Below are positions 40,468 through 48,633 of a stretch of 53,454 nucleotides of DNA, piece after piece. The notes beneath the pieces were generated by a model. It did no database searches, had not been told where the DNA came from, and saw only the letters and a program-made list of their open reading frames with translations. A program made the translations under genes and the position numbers. Numbering within the stretch: position 1 is the first letter of the stretch; each line of letters begins with the position of its first letter. The stretch is from Rhizaria sp. SCN 62-66 (lineage: Eukaryota). The stretch lies in the NCBI GenBank assembly GCA_001724265.1, contig MEDY01000198.1:1-53454 (forward strand), written 5' to 3'.

Positions 40468-42600
40468 ATGAGCACCGACGCCGCCGTCATTGCGGCACCC
40501 ATTGCGCCGCTGAGCGACACAAACGTGTCTAATCACTCCGTCCTGTACACGCGCTTCTGCGCCGACTCGGTCGAGTGCTGCCCGACGCCAGGCCACGAGG
40601 CCCTGTGCGCGGTCGGCACGTACGAGCTGCTCGGCGACCGCAGCAAGGTCGGTCAGGTCTACCTGGGTTGCGTCGCACCCGCCGCGTCCGCCGACGCCGC
40701 GCTGCCCGCCACCGCGGTGTGCCCCTACACGCAGATTACGCCCGAGACGTACGCGAACCCGGCGGAGCGCGTGGACCGCGCCGCCGAGGCCGCGGCGCCG
40801 CTGCCCGCCGCATCGCGCGCGCGGGGCCGGCCGTTCCTCACGCTCTCGGACCGCCTCACCGCGCCCGCCGTGCTCGACATCAAGTGGCAGCCGCCGTTTC
40901 TGCCGCCTGGCGACGGCGACGGCGGCGGTGACGGCGACGGTGAGGCCAGCGCCGCGCTGACCGGCCTCGCACAGGGGCCCGCGTTCGCCGTGGCCTACGA
41001 AGACGGCACCGTGCGCTGCTACAACGTCACGAGGACAGGCAAGAACGCGGCGGACGTTGGCGCCGCGGCGGGTGCCACCCCCGAGGAGGATGCCGCCGCT
41101 ACCAGCCACGCCTCTGCCTCTACTGCAGAGGATGGAGCTCATATGAGCGAGGCGTGGCGCTGCAAGGTCGGCAGCAGCGGCGCCGCACTCGCGCTCTCGC
41201 TCGACTGGGCCCTGCGGCCCGCGCGCCCCGCCGCAGAGGACGACGACTATGACGACGAAAACGATGACTATAATGACGACGACGATCATAGTGGGAGCAA
41301 GCCTCGAGCGAAGACCGTGAGTTATAACCCCGTCGTCGCGGCATCCTTCTCCAGCGGCGCTGCCGCCATCATCGACGTCGTCCGCACAGCCTCCTCTCAC
41401 ACCGCTGCTGCTGCCGCTGGCGCAACTCCTGCGGCGGGGGGCACCGAGGGCGTGCTGCGCCATTATTGGCGCGCGCACGACGCTGAGGTGTGGATCACGC
41501 ACCTGGACTCGGCCTGCACTCCGTACCCCCAGTTCCCGCTCCCCCGCGCCCGCACTCGCACCACTGCGGACAGCAGCAAGACCGACTCGACCTCGTCTGA
41601 CTCCGCCACTGCCACTGCGAGCGCGAGTGCGGGCGTAGAGTCGGCGCGCGCGTCGTGGGCGGCCGCGCACGGCCAGTTCGGCTCTTGGGTGTACACCGGC
41701 GCCGACGACGGGCTGATCAAGGTCTGGGACACGCGCTTGCTGCCGCTCATCTCGCTGCCCGGCAGCGACGCCGGCGAGGACGCCGTTGTGGCCGCCGCAG
41801 CGGCGCGGGCGCGCGCGCGGGCGGTGCGCGCGCGGTTCAGCAACCGCGAGTACACCGAGGACCGCCCCGTCTCCGGCTCTAGCGCTGAGGACGCTGACGC
41901 TGAGGCTGAGGCTGAGGCTGAGGAGGCGCCGGAGCCGTCGAGGCGCGTGCCGTGCGTGGCGACCGTGGCCGCGCACGGCGCGGGCGTGTGCGCGCTGCGC
42001 TGCCACCCGGTGAACCCGTACCTTTTTGCATCGGGCTCCTACGACGAACAGCTGATGCTGTGGGACAAGCGCAACCTCGCCGCGCCCATCTCGCAGTGGG
42101 GCAGCGGTGGCGGCGTCTGGCGCATCAAGTGGTTTCCCCCGTCATCCGCAGGGTACGGCGCGCGCGAGAGCGGCCGGATGTGCGTCGTCAACATGTACAA
42201 CGGCATGCACGTCGTCGACACGGAGAACATCTTCGTGCCCTTCGCCGCGTCTTCCCCCAGCGCGGTCGACGCCGACGAGGCCGCCTTCCTCTGCCACGTG
42301 GCCGGCGAGACCGCGCTCCGCACCCACAGTCAGAGTGGCGAGGGCGGCGTTAGTGGCTGTGCGGCGCCTGTGATGAAGCCCACGGCGAGCTACCAGCAAT
42401 GTGGCCCCAAGACGATTCTCTACGGCGGCGACTGGGTTACGGGCGACACGCGCCGGTACTTTGCCGCTGACCCGGCGGCGAACGCAGCAGCGAGCGCGAG
42501 CGCGAGCGATGGCGCGGGGCCGGGGCCGGGGCTGATTGCAGCGTGCTCGTTCTACAACAAGCGGGTCGTGCTGTGGTCGCCGGAGGACGAGGTGAAGTGA
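40468..42600 (+). CDS. DPH7: Diphthamide biosynthesis WD40 protein DPH7 (WDR85/Rrt2, methylated diphthine methylhydrolase), 710 aa
   Basis: Family motifs CADSVECCP, AVGTYEL, AVLDIKW, LALSLDW, WRAHDAEVWI, VYTGADDGLIKVWDTR, HGAGV..L..HP...LFASGSYDE.L.LWD.RN, GGGVWRIKW, MYNG, LYGGDW, CSFYNK. ATG to TGA, intronless. Confidence 0.92.
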   Translation: MSTDAAVIAAPIAPLSDTNVSNHSVLYTRFCADSVECCPTPGHEALCAVGTYELLGDRSKVGQVYLGCVAPAASADAALPATAVCPYTQITPETYANPAERVDRAAEAAAPLPAASRARGRPFLTLSDRLTAPAVLDIKWQPPFLPPGDGDGGGDGDGEASAALTGLAQGPAFAVAYEDGTVRCYNVTRTGKNAADVGAAAGATPEEDAAATSHASASTAEDGAHMSEAWRCKVGSSGAALALSLDWALRPARPAAEDDDYDDENDDYNDDDDHSGSKPRAKTVSYNPVVAASFSSGAAAIIDVVRTASSHTAAAAAGATPAAGGTEGVLRHYWRAHDAEVWITHLDSACTPYPQFPLPRARTRTTADSSKTDSTSSDSATATASASAGVESARASWAAAHGQFGSWVYTGADDGLIKVWDTRLLPLISLPGSDAGEDAVVAAAAARARARAVRARFSNREYTEDRPVSGSSAEDADAEAEAEAEEAPEPSRRVPCVATVAAHGAGVCALRCHPVNPYLFASGSYDEQLMLWDKRNLAAPISQWGSGGGVWRIKWFPPSSAGYGARESGRMCVVNMYNGMHVVDTENIFVPFAASSPSAVDADEAAFLCHVAGETALRTHSQSGEGGVSGCAAPVMKPTASYQQCGPKTILYGGDWVTGDTRRYFAADPAANAAASASASDGAGPGPGLIAACSFYNKRVVLWSPEDEVK

Positions 42601-42849
42601 AGAGAGAAGCTTCGAGGAAGCTAAAATCAATTTCATCTTTAACCTGATTAATACATCGCACTCGATGGACTGCTGTTGCATGTATCGGAGATTTATGTAT
42701 TTGACCAGTGAGACGTTAAAATTGTTAAGAAAGTCTTGTTTTTGTATCGAAAAAAATTACCAGCGGATACTGCGAGCGTTTGAAAATCTCGAACAGCATG
42801 TGATCCATGGTTTGTCAGAAGTAAGTCAGTGGAGACGCAAGGAGGAATC

Positions 42850-43061
42850 AAATAAGTCTTAAGTGAATCAAAAAGAGCTCAACAGGTGCCACAGCAGCTG
42901 GGACACAGCTCAGGTATTCTTGGCCATGTTGAAGCCCACGTCATCACCGTGGTTATTGTATTACATGCACCGGTTCCACGGTTATAAAGAGTGCGATTAA
43001 ACAAGAGCAGCCGAGTCAATTATGAGTTAATCCATGTTTTATTCAACTAAATAAGTCTTAA
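42850..43061. repeat. 13-bp direct repeat AAATAAGTCTTAA (42850-42862 and 43049-43061) flanking a 186-bp segment; possible small insertion with target-site duplication
   Basis: Exact repeat read from the sequence. The core of the internal segment is more GC-rich than the flanks, and its ends are imperfectly inverted (GTGAATCAAAA ... TTTTATTCAACT). Confidence 0.45.
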
Positions 43062-43151
43062 ATTACACAACAACGATTCGACAAGCAGTTCATTCGCTTT
43101 GATTATGCAATACAACTCCCAAACAAACTCCCATAAATGCGTTGTCTCAAT

Positions 43152-45974
43152 TTACTGAGCACCAGCGGCGGCGGCGGCAGCGGCGTTCTGCTGGTTGAAC
43201 TCGTCCTGCAGCCGCCCGACGGCGCGGTCGACGGAGCTGAGCAGGTTCTGCTCGCCGAGCGCGGCAATGATGCCTGCCGCCACGCACGTCTCGTAGAGGT
43301 TGCGGCGCAGACGCACGATGTAGACGCGCACGCCGCGCTTGTTGTAGTCCTCGATAATCTCCTTGATCACCTGAGACGCCGACGTGTCGATCGAGGTCAC
43401 AGCCGTGAGGTCAAAGACGATGCCCTTGAGCGCGAGCGGCTTGACGGGCTCGGACGGGTGCGAGACGACGTTGCCGAAGTACTCGATGCGCCGCGTGCGG
43501 TCCTTGAGCCCCTCGGCGTTGGAGAAGAAGAGCGGGCCGTCGATCTGGTAAATCAAGATGCCCTCGAGGTGCTCGGTGTGCAGGTTCACGCCCTCCTCGA
43601 CCTCGTAGTAGGGCGCGTTGGCTTCTTCGTCCTCGTCGTCGTCGCTCGCCTTGAGCTTGCCGCCCGCGGCAGTGCGCGCGCCCGCGAGGAGCTCCTCGTT
43701 GCTGCCGGCGCCGGCGTCCGCCAGCAGCGGCGCGGCGAGCCCGCTGTTCTTGCCCGCTGCGGCGGCGAACTGGACCTTGGAGAACTGGCGCGCGCGCGTG
43801 GTGGGCGTGTCACCGGCACCTGCAGCAGTCTCAGCGATCAGCGGCTGCACCTTCTTGGAGCCCTTGGCCGTCGCCGTCCCCGTCGCTGTCGCTGTCCCCG
43901 AGAGGGCTCCATAGGACGCCCCCGCGGTGCTCTCTGTGCCGCTGTTTGCCTTGCTGGCGGAGGTGCTGCTGTTCGTTCCAGTAGTGATACTTGCCTGCGT
44001 AGTAGTAGATGTCGTCACGCTGGTGGTCAAAGGCGATGACGAGGCGTCCGCAGCACCACTGGACGCACCTCCAGCCGGCCCCGTCGCGGGCGCAGTCGTC
44101 CCCGCTGCCGCGTCGTTGTGCGCGAAGGCAGAGGAAGAGGAGAGCGCGCCGGACGAGTGCTGAAGACGACCGATGAGCCGCACTGAGGGTTTTTTTTGTT
44201 GCTTGATCACCAGCATAAGGCAGATAGCAAAGGCGAAAAACAAACCAGCCTTGACGTTAAAGAAGAAAGTGACGATGATCATAGCGAGATTGAGGGTAAA
44301 GTCGCGCCACTGCTTCATCTTATAGCACAGCACGAGCTCCTTGGTCTCGATGAGGCCGACGCCGACGAAGAAGACGATGGCGCCAGGCACGGCCACGGGC
44401 ATCTGCGCGAAGGACGGCATCAGGAAGAGCATCGTGACGAGCGCCATGATGCCCGCGATGAGGATGGCAAAGGCGGACGTGGTGCCGACCGAGGCGGAGA
44501 TGCGCGAGCGCGTGATGGAGCCGTAGGCCGCGTAGCCGCCGAAGAAGGGCGTGACGAGCATCATCGACCCCAGCGCGACGAGCTCGCGGTTCGGGGACAC
44601 GATGCCGGACTCGGGCAGCGTCTTGTTGATCATGTGCGTCTGAACGAAGCCCAGGATGGTGAGGGTCACGGCCGTGGGGATGTAGTCGCTGAAGCGGCCC
44701 AGGTAGTTGAGATCGGGCAGACGCGGGGAGGGGAAGGAGCTGGCCTTGGAGCCGATGACCTTGACGCCCAGGTCCGCGAGCCCGATCCAAGCAGAGGCGC
44801 AGGTGGTGGCGACAACGAGGATGAAGATCCACGGCACGAGCGTGAGCGTTTTGTTTTGGGGCCAGATCTTCTTGAGCAAGGTTGTGCCGACCAAGAAGCC
44901 GAGGCAGCAGGCGGCGACGACGGCCGTGTGCCACTCAATCTTGGTGTGCAGTAGGGCCTCGCGGAAGATGTACCGCAGCTTGGTCGCCGTGTACTCCTCC
45001 TTGCAGTCGGTGCAGGTGGGTAGGCCGAGCATCTTGGGCGTCTGGTCCACCAGCAGCAGCATACCGACGGCGCACACGAAGCCCGAGAGTACGGGCCGCG
45101 AGAAGACCGAGTCAACAAAGCCAAGGCGCAGAAGGCCAAAGAGGAGCGTGCAGATGCCCGTCAGCAGCGTGATAGCAGCGGCGGCCTTGAGGCACATGTC
45201 TGAGATGTCGAGCCCCATCTCGCGCGCGCGCGCGATCTCAGGGATGGACATGATGGCGTTGCCGAGCATCATCGACGTCGTGGCCTCGGGGCCGACCGTG
45301 AGCACGCGCGAATTGCCCAGCACAAAGTACACCAACGTCGCGTAGACCGCGGTCGCGAGGCCCGAGATGGGCGTGACGTTGATAATCGACGTGTAAGCCA
45401 TGGACTGAGGGATCATCATGGCGCCGACCGAGAGGCCCGCGAAGACGTCGGTGAGGAAGCGGTCCTTGAACGAGTAGTCGGGCAGCCACATGGCGATGGA
45501 GATGTAGTAGCGCCAGTAGCGCAGACGCGCGGCGAGGGACGTGTCGCCCTCGAGCGGGTTGTCCTTCATCTCGACACGCTGCAGCGGGGCGTCGGGGTCC
45601 GCGCCCGCCGCGATCGAGTTACGGCGCGAAGACACGGAACCCGAAAACGGGGTGTCGCTGCCGCCGATGCCCAGAGAAAAGAGCGGGTCGTTGAGGGAAC
45701 CTTGGGAGCCGACGGAGCGCGGCAGCGCCGAGTTGGCGTCGGCGACCGCCGCTGACAGCATGGGGGACGCGATCTTGGCGGTGGCGGGGGACGCGGGGGC
45801 GATGGCGATGACCGGGGACGTGTACAGGTCGTCGCCAACGACGTAGTCGGAAGCGTTGTTGGAGAGGAGACCAATGGCCTCGTCGGGGTTGGCGAACTCG
45901 ACGAACTGCGACGAGCTTGTCGGCGCAGACGCGGGTTCCGCCCCCGCGTTGGACGAGGAAGCAGGGCGACTCAT
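43152..45974 (-). CDS. SulP/SLC26-family anion (sulfate) transporter with C-terminal STAS domain, 940 aa
   Basis: Motifs DVFAGLSVGAMMIPQSMAY, LGNSRVLTVGPEA, LRLGFVDSVFSRPVLSGF, NRELVALG, GSITRSRI; STAS motifs IYQIDGPLFFSNA and IVFDLTAVTSIDTSA. ATG 45974, TAA 43152-43154, intronless. A long Ala/Thr/Ser insert sits in the STAS variable loop. Confidence 0.95.
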   Translation of the reverse strand: MSRPASSSNAGAEPASAPTSSSQFVEFANPDEAIGLLSNNASDYVVGDDLYTSPVIAIAPASPATAKIASPMLSAAVADANSALPRSVGSQGSLNDPLFSLGIGGSDTPFSGSVSSRRNSIAAGADPDAPLQRVEMKDNPLEGDTSLAARLRYWRYYISIAMWLPDYSFKDRFLTDVFAGLSVGAMMIPQSMAYTSIINVTPISGLATAVYATLVYFVLGNSRVLTVGPEATTSMMLGNAIMSIPEIARAREMGLDISDMCLKAAAAITLLTGICTLLFGLLRLGFVDSVFSRPVLSGFVCAVGMLLLVDQTPKMLGLPTCTDCKEEYTATKLRYIFREALLHTKIEWHTAVVAACCLGFLVGTTLLKKIWPQNKTLTLVPWIFILVVATTCASAWIGLADLGVKVIGSKASSFPSPRLPDLNYLGRFSDYIPTAVTLTILGFVQTHMINKTLPESGIVSPNRELVALGSMMLVTPFFGGYAAYGSITRSRISASVGTTSAFAILIAGIMALVTMLFLMPSFAQMPVAVPGAIVFFVGVGLIETKELVLCYKMKQWRDFTLNLAMIIVTFFFNVKAGLFFAFAICLMLVIKQQKKPSVRLIGRLQHSSGALSSSSAFAHNDAAAGTTAPATGPAGGASSGAADASSSPLTTSVTTSTTTQASITTGTNSSTSASKANSGTESTAGASYGALSGTATATGTATAKGSKKVQPLIAETAAGAGDTPTTRARQFSKVQFAAAAGKNSGLAAPLLADAGAGSNEELLAGARTAAGGKLKASDDDEDEEANAPYYEVEEGVNLHTEHLEGILIYQIDGPLFFSNAEGLKDRTRRIEYFGNVVSHPSEPVKPLALKGIVFDLTAVTSIDTSASQVIKEIIEDYNKRGVRVYIVRLRRNLYETCVAAGIIAALGEQNLLSSVDRAVGRLQDEFNQQNAAAAAAAGAQ

Positions 45975-46441
45975 CGTGGTTCAAAAACACAAACGCACGC
46001 GCACACAGAAGTTACTCCTTCCTAAACACGCACACACCGGAAAGCAGCGTGTGGAGCAAGAACGAGACTGAGTGTCACGACGATGAGCTTTCGCGTGAGT
46101 CTGCGTTGCGCAGGAGGACAAAGATGACGAGTTCAGAAACAAAGTCAGCATCCAGTTCGCGGCAATAGCAATGCATTTACGAAGTATCAAAGAGAAAAAA
46201 ACATACAAATGTATACCAATCTACGATTTTAAAAGCCAGTTTAGCACAAGACGGACTCCAGCCACAGCACATATCCGAAAATAAGAACTGACTACGTCGC
46301 TCTCGCCCTCCACAATGACGGACTGCGCAGCAAAAACTGCTGGTTCTCAAAAATAGACTTGAAGCAAGGCGATGGAATCTGGGTCACCAGGATTCACCCT
46401 CGCTGTTTGCGCTGTGTTATCCGTCAACGGAGAAACCGACA
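45975..46441. promoter_or_regulatory. Putative bidirectional promoter (SulP <- -> MTHFS)
   Basis: 467-nt head-to-head spacer with TGACG/CGTCA sites at 46125, 46316 and 46422 and the shared 16-mer at 46292-46307. Confidence 0.7.
46292..46307 (-). promoter_or_regulatory. Shared 16-bp motif GGCGAGAGCGACGTAG, copy 2 (reads CTACGTCGCTCTCGCC on +)
   Basis: Exact reverse complement of 40262-40277. Confidence 0.6.
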
Positions 46442-48086
46442 ATGAGTTCACAGCTGTCAGGTGCAGCAAAGGCTGTTGCTGAAAGTATTATTCCGGCAGC
46501 CGTCGCTACGGCGGTCAGTCAGACCCGCGCTGCGACCGCGAAGGTGGCACCGACACCGCTCCAGCTTGCCAAGCGCCAGCTGCGCGCCCAGATCAAGTCT
46601 GCCCTCTCTAGCCTCGACTCCGATGTTATCTCGATTGAGAGCAACGCCATCACGCAGCACATTATCTCCCATCCCACGTACAAGAGCGCCAAGGCCATCT
46701 GCATCTTCATGTCGATGGAGAAAGAGGTCCGTCCAGTCTCTCTCTCTGCTGCGTTAGTCATATATAAATAGCAGTAATGTGATTGAAGTGATACATATAT
46801 GTAATGCCACATATTTATTTATAGCTCTTTACGACATCGTGTTGGTTGCACTTTATTATGGTTGCCAATGACTCTAGTTCTTCCGCATTTATCCTGTCGG
46901 AGTTTCGCTGCTGCCCGTCGCTCATTCTGCCGTTAGCGCTGACACCTTGCGACTGCGAACCATATTGACTGTATCACATCATTTTATTAACTTACATCAC
47001 TTTCTACTGTTGGTTGCTCACTCTTGCTTCTTGCTTCTGCTCCTGTGCTGTATACCTGTGAATTTCATCGATGCCCCATACTCGTGTTTCGCTGGTTAAC
47101 GTACACGTGCACAGGTCCAGACTGCTGCAATCTTGGCCCATGCACTGTCGGCGGGCAAGCACTGCTTTGTGCCCCGCATCCTCGACGGCCACCACATGCT
47201 CATGTTGCGCGTCACCCCTCCCTCCTCTTCTGCAGCGTCATCTGCGTCCATCACTACGGCGTTCGGTGCGGTGATCGAGGGCGAGTTCGAGTCCAACTCG
47301 TGGGGCATCCCCGAGCCGCCGCTGCCGGCGTACTGGCACCCGCTCGCTTCTGAGCTCGCCTGCGCTGACCCGTGCTTTCTGACTGCCACTGCCTCAGCGA
47401 CTGCGACCGAGACCGCGACTGCCGCGGTCGAGGCGGACTCCTCATCGCCGCAGCACACGGCGGAGAGTCTGGCGATCGCGTTGCTGGCCGCGTTTGCGGA
47501 CATGAAGCGCAACCCCGATGCTAATAAGGCCATCAGCTCCAACTCTAACACAGGCGATGGCGGCAACCAAAACGGCAATAACGCATGCTCCAACTCGAAC
47601 GCGACTGCGAGCAGCAATAAGAGCAACAAGTGGTGGCGCGCCGAGGCGCGTGACATTTCCTGCTCTGTCTTCGAGGGTGCTGCGCCTGCGCCTGCGCCTA
47701 GCTCTGAGGCTGAGGCCAAGGCTGCGACCGAAACCAATGCCGACCCCAAGACTGGGACTGAGACTGAAGCAGAAGCTGCGGAGACCGTGGAGACCGAGGC
47801 TGATGCTGTGTCTGAAGATGCTCAGCCGCCCGTGGAGCTGGTGTTGATGCCGGGTGTGGCGTTCGACGGCGCGCGCCACCGCATCGGCTACGGGCGCGGC
47901 TACTTCGACCGCTACGTCGCCTCGCTGAACGCCGTCCACGCCGCCTGCTCCGCGGGGTCCGCTGGCGTTGTCAAGCCGCCGGTGCTGTGGGGGCTGGGGC
48001 TGCGCGTGCAGGTGGTAGACAGGGTGCCTGTGGACGGCAAGGACGTGCCCCTGGACGCTGTCTGCACCCCCGATGGCTTCATGTAA
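46442..48086 (+). CDS. MTHFS: 5-formyltetrahydrofolate cyclo-ligase (methenyl-THF synthetase); exons 46442-46726 and 47115-48086, 418 aa
   Basis: Exon 1 has KRQLRAQIK...YKSAKAICIFMSMEKE. Splicing restores E|VQTAAILAHALSAGKHCFVPRI. Also WGIPEP, LVLMPGVAFD..RHRIGYGRGYFDRY and VPVDGKDVPLDAVCT; TAA stop. Confidence 0.93.
46727..47114 (+). other. Spliceosomal intron, 388 nt, phase 0 (GTCCGT...GTTAAC...CAG)
   Basis: AT/pyrimidine-rich interruption; its removal joins two MTHFS-homologous frames at the conserved E-V-x-T motif. Confidence 0.85.
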
Positions 48087-48633
48087 AGAACAACAACTGT
48101 GACAAGAACAACAACAACAACTGTGATCGCTGTTGTTACCACGCGGCATGTGCCTTAAAGCTGATGTTTTGAACAGAGGCATGGATGGTGCATGTTTTGT
48201 TTGATTGGTGGACATCGTCCGACTTACATAGCCCAACTAAAGATCCTAGATCTCGTACTGCACTTCTTCCCTTCAAAGATACCCTGAACTTGCTCTTGAA
48301 ATAAAACTGTGTTCATTAAGTAATATATCAATATTCTTATACGAAAACGCAAGGAATATATCTATTGCGCCTATTATTCAAGTTGTGCATGCAGTAATAA
48401 TGCCAAACTCCGTCGCTTGTGGAGGGTCTGCTCACGGTCACTGGGCTGCGCCCACAGTCACTTAAGCCGCTGTGGGCTCGACTGGGACTGGGCGTGGAAG
48501 GCTTTGGGCCGACCTAAACTGGCGGCTGTGGGGGTCGCAGGGGCAGCGAATGCGTTTGGGTAGATAATATCGTATTGTTCACGGGAGGTTCTTTGAGCAA
48601 AAGTTCGTTTTTGTGCAACCCACGACGTGTAAC

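Noticed and set aside
44190-44197. A8 run (minus strand) in SulP as a frameshift site or sequencing error
   Set aside because: The frame is intact through the STAS domain and no useful alternative product is evident.
46727-47114. Intron-encoded snoRNA or MITE in the MTHFS intron (palindrome TACATATATGTA, 8-bp inverted pair GTGATACA/TGTATCAC)
   Set aside because: No convincing C/D or H/ACA box pair with a terminal stem; short AT-rich inverted matches can arise by chance.
48086-48126. Tandem AAGAAC(AAC)nTGTGA duplication just after the MTHFS stop
   Set aside because: Two-copy microsatellite-associated slippage; no evidence of function.
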